A DNA stretch of 64,000 nt, from contig CM126209.1 of the NCBI GenBank assembly GCA_052327205.1, forward strand, positions 175,026,001 through 175,090,000. Direction: 5' to 3'. This DNA is from Somniosus microcephalus (lineage: Eukaryota). Below the pieces are notes generated by a model. It saw nothing but the letters and a program-made list of their open reading frames with translations, was not told where the DNA came from and did not search any database. A program made the translations under genes and the position numbers. How positions within the stretch are numbered: the stretch's first letter is position 1; each line of letters starts with the position of its first letter. Shown in pieces: positions 46,226 to 57,851 of the stretch.

Positions 46226-47740
46226 CATCTGGTTCACTAATGTCCTTTAGGGAAGGAAATTTACTGTCCTTACCTGGTCTGGCCTATATTTGACTCCAGA
46301 CCCACAGCAATGTGGTTGACTCCTAATTTCCCTCCAAAATGGCCTAGCAAGACAGTCAGTTGTAACAAATGGCTACGAAAAACAATAATAAGAATAAAAG
46401 CGGACGAACCACCCAGCACCGACCTCGGCACCGGTTATGGACACAACAATGGCACACCCAGCCCAGTCGATCCTGCAAAGTCCTCCTCACGAACATCTGG
46501 GGACTTGTGCCAAAATTGGGAGAGCTGTCCCACAGACTAGTCAAGCAAACACCTCACATAGTCATACTCACAGAATCATACTTTTCAGCCAATGTCCCAA
46601 ATTCCATCACCATCTCTGGGAATGTCCTGTCCCACCGGCAGGACAGACCCACCAAGGGTGGTGGCACAGTGATTATACAATCCGGAAGGAGTGGCCCTGG
46701 GAGTTCTCAACATTGACTCCGGACCCCATGAAGTCTCATGGCTTCAGGTCAAGCATGGGCAAGGAAACCTCCTGCTGATTACCATCTACCACTTCCCTCA
46801 GCTGATGAATCAGTACTCCTCCATGTTGAACACCACTTGGAAGAAGCACTGAGAGCAGCAAGGGCACAGAATGTACTCTGGGTGGGGGACTTCAATGTCC
46901 ATCAGTGTGGCTCAGTAGCACCACTACTGATCGAGCTGACCGAATCCTGAAGGATATAACTGCTAGTCAGGGCCTGTGACAGGTGGTGAGAGAACCAATA
47001 CGAGGGATAAGCCTACTTGACCTCATTCTCACCAGTCTACCTGTCGCAAATGCATCTGTCCATGACAGCATTGGTAGCAGTGACCACTGCACAGTCATTG
47101 TGGAGACGAAGTCCCGTCTTCACACTGAAAACACCTTCCATCATGTTGTGTGGCACTACCACTGTGCTAAATGGGAGAGATTCAGAACAGATCTAGCAGC
47201 TCAAAACTGGGCATCCATAAGGCGCTGTGGGACATCAGCAGCAGCAGAATTGCATTCCACCGCAATCTGTAACCTTATGGGCTGGCATATCCCTCACTAC
47301 CATTACACCAGGGGACTAACCCTGGTTCAATAAGGAGTGTAGAAGAGAATGCCAGGAGCAGCACCAGGCTTACCTAAAAATGAGGTGCCAAACTGGGGAA
47401 GCTGCAACACAGGACTACATGCATGCTAAAAAGCAGAAGCAGCATGCTAGAGACAGGGCTAAGTGATCCCACAATCAACAGATCAGATCAAAACTCTGCA
47501 GTCCTGCCACATCCAGTCGTGAATGGTGGTGGATTAAACAACTAACGGGAGGAGGGGGCTCCATGAATATCCCCATCCTCAATGATGGTGGAGCCCAGCA
47601 TATGAATGCAAAAGACAAGGCTGAAGCGTTTGCAACTATCTTCAGCCAGAAGTGCTGAGTGGATGATCCATATCGGCCTCCTCCTGAGGTCCCGACCATC
47701 ACAGAAGTCAGTCTTCAGCCAATTCGATTCGCACTACGTG
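46226..47740 (+). mobile_element. LINE 5' portion with an APE-type endonuclease pseudogene (3'-truncated)
   Basis: NIWGLVPKLGEL...IVILTES, RQDRPTKGGG, VLWVGDFNVH, LDLILT...IGSSDH are AP-endonuclease motifs; frameshifted; no RT. Confidence 0.85.
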
Positions 47741-48297
47741 AAAATTGAGTAAATATTTGAAGCAAATGATAAAGGTTTCTGGGGCGAGAACGAGGCAGGA
47801 GGATTAGTTTTGGACTGCTCTAACAGACAGTCAGTGCAGACGCAATGGTTTGAATGTTTGTTAACTATGTTGCAAATTTCTATGTTTCAATTATTCCAAG
47901 AAAAAGCTTATAAATTAACCATCCTCAATGTTCCAAGTGCCTTTAAAGACATATAAGTCTGGTATCATAACATTGTGCCTACATATTTACTGGGCATATA
48001 CATGCAAAATTATGATGAACCTCCAACACCCAACATAATTAGCCAAACATTAAAAATTAAGATTGATGCAACATAGATATCTAATTTTGCAGGTGATGTA
48101 CTCTGGCACAGAACCAACCATCCTCATCCAGGCCATTGCTTTGTGTGGCTTCCGACTGCACTGAGTCCAAGAGTGCATCGGACTTCAATGAATGGACACT
48201 GAATTGTAAAGTGGTGCTCTTGGAGGTTGAAAAAATAAATATTTAACAAAGAATAAAAACAATTACAATATTTTAACATACAAACATTCTCAGATAA

Positions 48298-48600
48298 TAA
48301 CCCTGGTGTGGAGATGCCAGTGTTGGACTGGGGTGGACAAATGTAAGAAGCCACACAACACCAGGTTATAGTCCAACAGTTTTATTTGAAATCACAAGCT
48401 TTCGGAGCACTGCTCCTTCGTCAGGTGAAGTGGAGAGATGCATAAAGACACAGCTTATATAGTCAGAGAATAATGCTAGATGATTACAGGTAATCTTTCT
48501 AACTGCCATTTATCACACCTCGGCAGAGAAATAATCACCGCAATCAAAGGTGTGAATGGTGTCCAAACAGGTCAGTCAGGAAAACATTACATCAAAGAAC
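48298..48600 (-). mobile_element. Penelope-like element terminal fragment
   Basis: Reverse strand CACCTGACGAAGGAGCAGTGCTCCGAAAGCTTGTGATTTCAAATAAAACTGTTGGACTATAACCTGGTG: hammerhead core, AATAAA, and a short inverted terminal segment. Confidence 0.7.
48393..48427 (-). ncRNA. Minimal type I hammerhead ribozyme
   Basis: CAC-CUGACGA-A-GGAGC-AGU-GCUCC-GAAA-GCUU-GUG: conserved CUGANGA and GAAA boxes, 5-bp stem II, CAC/GUG stem I, palindromic AAGCUU at stem III. Confidence 0.75.
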
Positions 48601-48837
48601 AATAACCCAACACAGGGATGCCATAGGAGTTTAAAACAATTTCGTACCATTATCTTTGAGTACTAACATCAAGGAAAAGTTATAGGCTGTAAAATCTTTC
48701 ATTGAAACTTAAAACTCTGTCTATAGCAGAGTATAATTCATATCTGCCCTAACTCTTTCTAACTATACTCCCTTTCAGTATTTTCATAGGAAGGATGAGA
48801 TTTAGTGTTAGTTCCATGAAACTGCTTTGCTTCTATG

Positions 48838-48975
48838 AAAGAAAGAAAAAGGAAAGGGAAGGAAGGAAAGAAAGAAGGAAAGAAAGAAAGAGAACTTGCA
48901 TTTATTTATGTAACATCCTTAATGTTCTTAGAGCACTTCACAGCCAATTAAGTATTTTTGTAATGTAATCACTAG
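48838..48975 (-). repeat. (GAAA/GGAA)n tract plus Deu-type SINE 3' fragment
   Basis: Purine microsatellite followed by AACTTGCATTTAT...CACTTCACAGCCAAT. Confidence 0.7.
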
Positions 48976-51027
48976 GAAGGATCATGAAAGAGAAAATCTC
49001 TCTACAACTTCTCAAAGCGTTCAAATTATAAATCAGTATGTTGAGAATTGTATAGCTACTTATAATTCTTTCCAGAGTGTCTTAAAATATTTAACACTGA
49101 TGATTTCTCCCTGTAACTTATTTATTGCACAATGTTTGTGTGAATGAAGTTGCCAGGAAGTATGTAAACCCAGGCTTTGTGTATTTAACATTTGTATCCA
49201 GGAGCCTGATTCATCCAGCATCCAGCTGCTGTGCCAGTGGCAACAGCAAGATCAGTTTCATTACATTTTGTAGCTGCATGAGATGGGATTTGAAATGCAT
49301 TATAAATTCAATTGCTTTCTGAGAACAGGAAGTTTATACTGTGTCAAATTTAATGAGATGCTCTAAAAATCTGGTTTATGACAGAATTTTTTGACTCCAC
49401 ACTTGAACCTCTCAACATCCCTGGCAACCCCAAACACATAAAAAAAAGCTTTTATTGGGGTGGTGGTGGTTTTGGGGAGGTGGGGCGGGGGCTGGGTTAG
49501 GGGTATTACTTTGGGAATTCGTCATTGTGTTCTAATGCTGTTTGTAGGACATTTGTTCCAGGACTAGTTATTTTACCAGTAAAATCTATAATAATATACA
49601 AGTTAACACAGGCTGCAGTCTGTTCCAAGGCAGTAAAACATCAAGGGGTTAAGATGCTGTTATAAATCTTAGCGCCTTGTGCTATGGAGGGAAAACATCA
49701 GCTAAAAACTGCTTATCAACTTCACCTCAGGATGTATCACTGCCTCGAAAAGATGGCAGACTATGGTTTGATCCAACTTTTGCTTTCCCATTTTCCTATT
49801 TTATTACAGTAGTGAAGTTGTAATGGCAGACGGCTTAACAAGATCATATGATTTAATGAGTATTAATACTGTACCATGTGATTTGGCAAGTTGGGATTTG
49901 TTCAATTGAATGATGGAAGATTAATATAGTTCAGAGATGTATAATTCATAAATGCTTGTAATTTATTCTGTTTTAAATTACCTTTGACGTATGAGAGGCC
50001 ACAAGGACTATTGCTAAAATGTATTTTAATGCTTCTTGTTACACCACGTGGTACATTAGCTTTATCAATGTGTTTATTTTGATATGGGAAAAATTGGACC
50101 TTTATTTCCTCAATGATTGATTTTCTGGTCCCCACCCAGTGTCAGTGGGACCAGATCACTGCGCATGCAGCACAATCACTTTGTTTGCAGAGATGACCTT
50201 GCTCCTGAAGTTAGCTCATTGCAATCTTTCCTGGATTCGTCCTGCACAGCTTAGATCCAGGCGCAGGGAGCTCCTGCTGATTGTGGGGTGGCATATCCAG
50301 CTCTTAAAGGGCAGTTGTATTTAATATGTACAAAATTCAAAAGCACTTGGTGCACAGTGGAGGGCTGAAGACTCTGGAGCAGGGTCATCCCATTTGAGAA
50401 TGCTGCCCTCAAGACGCTGCTCCGGGTGGTGCCCTCTTTGGAGTTGAGGGTTGTCCTCCTATCAGGAGCAATGTGAGGAATGGGTGTAGGTGGCAGAGAG
50501 AGTGAAATCAGTCCCCAGTGCCCATAGCTCATGGGAGAAAATGAGAAGAAAGCTTCCAGGTTTCAGGAAGATTGCAACAATAGAACTGGCCAGAATTTAG
50601 CTACTTAAAGTATATACCAATAGGATGTTTACCACAAAGTTTACTTTCAACCTGCTGCAGCTTTACTGAGGCCCCATGCAAAACATGCAGGCAACCTTCA
50701 GCTCTTGCATACATGCATATGCATGCTGGTATTACTCTAGGGCCCACTTTGTTGGAGGCACTGAAATACGTTGCACATTCATTTTACAAGTAGTGGCCAC
50801 AAATGAGCTGTTAGCAGTAGCTACATGATACATGTTATATGTTCATTGATTGACATAATGTGGGATGCAGGATGGTTACTTGGGTGTCAATGGGGATGAA
50901 TTTCCATGGGTATTCTCCCGCTCATCCACCATAACTTCATTTGTGCCATTTTTCTGTGGTTTCTATGACTCCTCCACCAAGGTAACAGCAGATGAACTGG
51001 AGAACCCCAGGAAAATCCACACCCAAT

Positions 51028-53906
51028 GGGGCCGATTTTCCCGCAGGTGTGGGGAATTGTCGGGTTCCCCGAATGTCGGGGTTCCCACATGAATGTAAAT
51101 GGGTCTGGCAGATTGATGCAATTTTCCCTCAATTGGCCAATTCATTTCCAGCGTGGGAACTCTTGCTAATTGACTATTTCCAGTCAGAAAGTCACACAGT
51201 ATGCATTGCAACCTCTGCAGGCTTCCAGACAAACCACACAGGATGGCAGAGGAGCCTGCAGCAGCTGTGGCCAGTGCCAGACCCCGAGCTGCCTCCAAAT
51301 TCGACAAGGCTTCACTGCAGGCATTATTGGATGGGGTGAGGGCCCACAGGGAGGTCCTCTTCCCTAGGTTAGGGAGGAAGAGGCCTCCCACTGAGACCAA
51401 GGCTGCATGGATGCAGGTGACAGCAGATGTCAACTCACTGGGAGTCATCAGAAGAACCTGGACACAGTGTCGGAAGCGATTCCATGACCTTCACCGTAAA
51501 GGAAAAGTAAGTATGAAGTTTCCATCACCCTCAAACTGATCCCCATTGCCTTTCCCCACCAGCACTCCGCTTTAGCAATCTCTTCCTCCACATCCCACTT
51601 CAGTCACATCCATGCACCCTTACCCATTCCCTCTCTCGCATTCACATAACTATTCCACCATGCAACCCTCACACTCCCTATCACTCTGATGCTTTGAACA
51701 CAACTGACAACACACAGGGAGGGCCCTTGGTCTTGCAGCCTCACACCATCTTTGTCTCCCTCTAAGTATCTATGCTATGCAATCTCTCCTTCATTCTCAC
51801 TCAAACTCCACTTGTCTCCCTCATTGCAGGAAAAGAGAGCTCACAACAACAGAGAGCGAGCCAGGACTGGAGGAGGCCCACCCTCAATAACCCACCTGAT
51901 ACCCTGGGAGGAAGGAGTGCTGGAAATTGTCGGGGCTGATGTGGCTGCGGAAGGAGAGACAGAGGCAGTCCCGCAAGCTGGTGACAGAATAGTTTTCCAT
52001 CTCTCTCATTGACATAGCATGAGTCGCTGTTATGATTCTGAAGCTACATCGTTTGGACTTGAGCATCTTCAAAATCCAATGTGCATGTAACCTTGGCATC
52101 ACATCTCTTACTCTTTCCTTTACTCCCCCCACAGGACCATACAAAGCCCCCGTCCCCACTGCAGAGGAGGAAGAGGCCGAGCAGCCAGATGCCTCAGAGG
52201 AAGCTCCAACCTCTGAGGGCGCAGTGTCAGCAGAATTCAGCGCACCCAGCACCAGCGCAGATACTCACACCTCGGTGGGACCTTCGCAAGATAGAGTAGT
52301 GTTGTGACCTTGTGTATCACAGCTCACAAGTGAGCATCAGCAGATGGTGGAGACAGGGACAGCAGTGGAGAGTCCTTGTCGGAGGGCGCAGGACTCTGCC
52401 AGCTCAGCTCAGCTGCATGTCGACCCTCTGCCTCTGGGTCCATCCGCAAGAGAAGAGGTGATGGATCTCCATGCACAGATGCAGGAGTCTCTGGCAGGTT
52501 TTGTCTCCAGGGTCGCTATGAGTGTGGAGCAAATGGAGGAGTCCATAGCGACCATGAGCAGAGCCTTTGTGGAGTCATTGGCGCATGAACGCATCACCAC
52601 GGAAAGGATGGCAACCTCCGTGGAAAGGATGGCTACAGTAGGAGAGGATGGCTACGGCCATGGAGGAGCTAAGTCGCCAGAGTGTTAAAAACATGGTGAG
52701 TGTTCAGAATAGACTGACATCTCTCGAGGAGCGATGGTCAGCTATTGAGCAGAGAAACCAGACCTTCATGGCAGGCCCTCTGTAGAAACCATTGTAGAAA
52801 CAGGTCCCCATGGCCCCCCTGATGTGCAGCAAGCTGCTCTCAAGCCATTTGCAGGCACTGAGGGGGACCTGACCCATGAGAGGGAGGTTGGTGGCAGACC
52901 TCAAGGAAATCGGGGCTCCTCTCCAAGCGCTCACACTTCCATGCCACTGCAGAGCCCTCGGTCAGAGCCCCGCTGGAGTCCACACCCAACGGAGATAGAG
53001 GTCTCAACCCCTGCACAGCCGCAGGAGCAGCAGACTGCTGGCGAGCATTTACAGGCTCGCCATCCCAGAGGACCGCCCGCCAAAGGTGTCGAGACAGGAG
53101 GAGCAGGAAAGTGAGCAAGGGGCCTCCACATCTGCTGTAGCCACAGGGGAACCACTACATAGGAGCACGCGTAAGAGGAAAATAAAGCACAAATAGTCAC
53201 AAGGGTAGTCACTTGGGTGAAATGTGTTTATTTGAAAGATGCCATCAGCTGGTTATTGTAAATAAAATTTCTGATGGCAACTTCTGCAGTTGTGGCGTGT
53301 GTCATTTCGCGAATGGGGCTGGAGGTCCTCAAATGCCAAGAGGGGAAGGAAAATAAAGCCTCCCATGCTTCTGGTAGGTGCCTCAGTTGAGGAAGCGCTG
53401 AGTGAGGGTGGCGAGAGGGACTTCCCAGGACCTCACACTGGAGAAGTGTGTGAGGCTCCAACCTTCCACAGCTGTGCCTAAGCCTGGAACAAGTTGGCCC
53501 AAGCCTGAAACAACAAGGTCCTGCAACCTACAAATGATGTCTGAATAAATCTCTTCTTTCCTGATTGACCTGCAGCTGATAGTCAGCAATCCGATACTGT
53601 TCACGCCAGGTTTCATCAGCGGGGTTCCCACCAGATGTGTTTAACGTGGGAAAAGGCTGAAAATAGCAAGGGCCCCTTAAAATGGCATTATAGATGCCAA
53701 TTATTGGTGATTAAGGTGCCTGAAGACCACTCCCACCTGCTGCGGGCGGGACGGATTCGGGTTGGACAGAAACGCCTGGGTGAAAATCGGACGGGGCGGG
53801 GAATCAGGCGGGGAGGGGGGGTCGCGACCCCCTATTTTTGAGATTTCCCCCCCCCCCCCCCCACACGCCTGAAAGCCTGCCTCACGGCTCCAGGAAAATC
53901 AGCCCC
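51028..53906 (+). mobile_element. Myb/SANT-only Harbinger element, copy 3 (longest, 2879 bp)
   Basis: TIRs GGGGCCGATTTTC / GAAAATCAGCCCC; flanks AAT/CAT; complete 3-exon Myb gene layout; no transposase motifs. Confidence 0.92.
51243..53195 (+). pseudogene. Myb/SANT-like gene of copy 3: exons 51243-51506, 51830-51980, 52135-~53195
   Basis: Donors AAA|GTAAGT and CTG|GTGACA, acceptors TTGCAG and CCACAG, phases 0 and 1; EKRAHNNRERARTGGGPP in exon 2; premature TGA at 52305 (TCA in copies 1 and 2) and later frameshifts; ends HRSTRKRKIKHK*. Confidence 0.85.
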
Positions 53907-55682
53907 CATGTCTCTGCTCTTCCAAATTCCCCAAAACTGTACATTCTGTATCTATATACAGGAAAAGGGTGATTGAAAGTGGACCTGCCCCCCCCACCCC
54001 CAAGATGCTGCTCCGGGTGTTGCTCTCTTTGGAGTTGAGGGTTGTCCTCCTATCAGGAGCAATGTGAGGAATGGGTGTAGGTAGCAGAGAGAGTGAAATC
54101 AATCTCCAGTGCCCATAGCTCATGGGAGAAAATGAGAAGAAAGTTTCCAGGTTTCAGGAAGATTGCACTCAGAGGTTCTATGCCCCAGCTGCAGTTTTTC
54201 TCAAGGGGTCTATAGTCCCAATGTACATGGATCTTCTTGTCTGGATTTAGAGAGCCATTATGCAGGGCTTCAACAAGTTCAGTACTACCCAGTAACTTAT
54301 TTCCCTGCAGATCACTGGACATGCTGAGGGAGTGCCCAGCAAAAGGGGCATGACAAGAATTAGCATGGATGATGAAGCTGTTATGCAGGGCAACACCGTA
54401 TCATTCCTACATCCTGCTTAAATGAGTCTCAATGTGTCAGTTAGTATGTAGGACCATAAAGGCACCAGAACATTAAACACATTGCCATTGGTTGCAGAGC
54501 CATTTCATGACCCAATTCAAGGAGGTACTGAATCAACTCCATCCCAAAAGCTTGCACCAGCAGCCAGATACCACACTTCCTCCAACCACTGCAAAAGCTC
54601 TTAGAAGGACCACAAAGTTAGGTCATAGAGGACATGCACCATATGCTGTCACAAAGGGGAAGCACCAAGCTAAGAAATACAGAACATGTTTGTATGTCAC
54701 ATTATTAGAGGAAATAAAATGGGTTTACTTTATTCGTGATGGTGCAGATTATGGTGGCAGCAAATGAATGAATTGCTAGCCTTTATAGTTAAAGTAAGGC
54801 ATAAGACAATGGTGCAGATAGCGTATTGGGCACTTCATTGTATATATTCGGACTGAACTATTTGTGATGGAGTGGACACTTGTGAAATTTTTTTCGATTT
54901 GAGCTTGCTGAAAGACTCCTTGTCGCAGTTAAGGCTCAGCAGATAAGTCTTCAGACTTGATCTCAGTGTAACCACATATGCCTCATTATATTGCTGTTTA
55001 CCTTGTGTCCATGGTCATCTCAAGGAGGTCTTCAGTCAGGGCTGAAAAGAGTATCCTTAATCACCCACGAGTCATCCATCCACTCTTCTTCTCCCATCAA
55101 ATAGGGATGGCATGGTGGATTGTCCTAAAAATGAAGGCATCATGATTTACCAGAGTAGCGGGCATCAATGTGCATGGCTTTGTGCGTATGATTATAGCCA
55201 GTTGCACAGAAATGGAATGGAAACCTTTCTATTCATGAAATCAATGAGAATAGGGCCACGAGACCCCTCTATAATTCCTGGCACTTTAGGGAAACATGTA
55301 CATGGAAAAAGTGCTGTGTTCTCTTCTGCTGCTGGTTGCTTCCCAAAGGGAAAGTAATGAAAGCATTGACATGACAAAGAGGGCATCTGTGGCCTGTGCT
55401 ATGCATCAGTGCACATTGGATTGAGTAATTAAGTATATATCTCTGAGATAGTTTGAAATGACTGAAATCAGATAAAAGTCCTCTGCTGTGGTCACTTTAA
55501 AGCCACCAGCAGAACTGTCTCTATCATTGATCTTATCTGAAGGTCCAGCTTCAGGAGATGGCATAATTATGTTACTGCCTTCCGAGTGAAATGTAAAAGG
55601 TGAAGATAGATTTTGCGAAACATATCTAGATAGCTGTGTCTTAATCTGTAGACAAGGCTGGTTGTGTAAGGGCAGAGGCAGA

Positions 55683-56497
55683 GGGCTGGATTTTCATTGA
55701 GGAGGCGGGTAGGAGGCGGGACTACAACTTTCTGGGTTGTAGTCCCGCCTCCATCGAGTTCTAGCCAACCCACGTGATTTTGACTTGATTGACCTTGTTG
55801 AGCCCGCCCAGCAGGCTCAGCAGGCCAATTAAGGGACACTCGGCAACAGGTGATGTCACAGATTGATATTTCATCTGTCAAGACCTTTTGACAGATGAAA
55901 TATCAGCATTTCCCAGCTGTTTGAAGCTGTCAAACACTGACAATCTATACGCCAAGGATGATTTAGAGATCTCCCTGGAACAGAAAGCTGAATGCTGCAA
56001 TTTTTGACAACTCACATCCATTCTGCTTTCTGTGCCGGTGAGATGAGGGACTCCCGAGACCTGAAGGAAGGAAGGCTGTAAAGGTAAGTAAAGGTATATA
56101 AAACTTCTTTAAACACTTTACACACACCAAACACACTTACCTTTGTACTCATGCACCCATCACTCACCTGAACACCGGACATCTCGAACCCTCCAAGCCC
56201 TTCATCCCGACGGTCCGCCTCCTCTAACTTGGCATAGTTTGGAGCCGTCGGGAATCCCACACTTCAACAAAAATAAGGATTTTGCTAAAAACTGCCTGTT
56301 AACTACCTGTTAACAGGCAGTTAATTGGCACATAATCCCCTTCCCGCCTCGGGGAGGCGGGTCCCAGTGCAGGTCGGGTACCCGCCTTCTTTGAAACTGA
56401 CATGGAGACGGGTTGGGTGTGGGATCGGTTCCTGCCCCCTGATTTCGGGATTTTAACCCCCCCCCCACATGCCTCCAAGGCCCAATGAAAATCCTAC
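55683..56497 (-). mobile_element. Harbinger-type non-autonomous element (~800-bp family), copy 3
   Basis: Left TIR GGGCTGGATTTTCATTG; colinear with 19196-20019; right TIR damaged (CAATGAAAATCCTAC). Confidence 0.88.
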
Positions 56498-57319
56498 AGT
56501 CTGGTTCTGGGGTAAATTGGCTGCATCTGGTCATTCCTCAGATCCAATTCTTTCTTCTCCAAAACAAGTAGAAAGAGAAAAGCCCAGAGGAATCCCAACT
56601 TCTGAATTTTAGCTGCTGCAACTACAATTGCAGTTCCCAAAAAGCTAGAGATAGAAAACGCTAGGGCCAAAACATTCAAAAAATGCAGCAGCTACGCTAA
56701 AAATCCTGACCAGTACCAAATGCAATTTAACATAAATATGATTAAAAAAAGCTGAAGCAAAAAACTGTACTGCAATATTCTAATCATTCTGTAGCAAATA
56801 ATGATAAAAATTCTTTAAGACTGAAACTTCTAAAATGGTTCCAGATGCCTTGCCAGTATCATCTATGTTAAATGGACACTGAACACCTTATGCACATTCC
56901 TGGCGAAAAACCCTAGAAATGGTATGAAAAGGTATTTTAGATACATCTGAATAAAATTATGGGGCTTAACAAGACTATCGATATTTTGTGCAATACGCCT
57001 CCGATCACAAAATGGCGCACTGTGCAAATCAACAACAATGTACATTTATATAGCACTGTTAATGTCCAAAGGTGTTTCACGGAGACATGAGGAAAAATAA
57101 ATGCTGAGCCTAAGTAAGAGATAGTTTGTAGATTGACCAAAAGGTTACTCGAAGGAGTCCACTCTTTGGTTTCGACTGACACTGAATATCACTTTGTTAT
57201 TGAAATATAAATCAGATATAGCTTTTGAAAAAACGTTATCAATTGAAAGTTGAGAACTTGTAGATCTTGATGGCAGCTGTACATTTGCATAGTTCTCTAA
57301 TCGGTGAAAATCCCACATC

Positions 57320-57560
57320 TGGGATTAAAGGGACAGGGGCAGTGTGAATACGAAATTGGCTAAGGGACAGAAAGCAGAGAGCAGTGGTGAATGGTTGTTT
57401 TTCCAGACTGGAGGGAAGTATACAGTGGTGTATACCAGGGGTCGGTATTGGGACCACTACTCATTTTTGATATATATTAATGCCCTTGATTTGAGTATAC
57501 GGGGCATAATTTCAAAACTTGTAGATGACACAAAACTCGGAAATGTAGTAAACTGTCTCA
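57320..57560 (+). mobile_element. CR1 RT fragment
   Basis: YSGVYQGSVLGPLL and FLIYINALDLSIRGIISKLVDDTKLG. Confidence 0.8.
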
Positions 57561-57611
57561 TAGACAAGATACTGTTCATAGAGGAGATACTGTCTCATAT
57601 AGCTTTGCTAT

Positions 57612-57770
57612 AAAAACAGAAAATGCTGAAAATAACCAGCAGGTCAGTCAGCATTTGTAAAGACAAAGACAGGTTATCAGAACCATTTTCTCTAGACAGG
57701 TACTGACTGCCCTGCTGTATATTCCCAGTATTTTCTTTTTATTTCTGATTTTCAGTATTTACAGTTTTTC
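57612..57770. repeat. Degenerate palindromic repeat, probably Penelope-derived
   Basis: AAAACAGAAAATGCTG...CAGCAGGTCAGTCAG pairs imperfectly with CTGACTGCCCTGCTG...CAGTATTTTCTTTTT. Confidence 0.5.
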
Positions 57771-57851
57771 CTTTTAATGTTAAAATTTCTGTATTGTCTT
57801 CTTTCTTTAAATTGTATCACTTTTTGATTAATCTTTGTTCACACTGCCCTG

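Noticed and set aside
53200-53640. Hidden transposase remnant in the 3' part of the Myb-only elements
   Set aside because: No GAIDC, GDKGY or IEQ/RFRCL motifs in the frames I read; a sensitive HMM search is needed to exclude it fully.
56494-56679. Hydrophobic 61-aa ORF as a membrane peptide
   Set aside because: Non-ATG start; explained by an A-rich plus strand.
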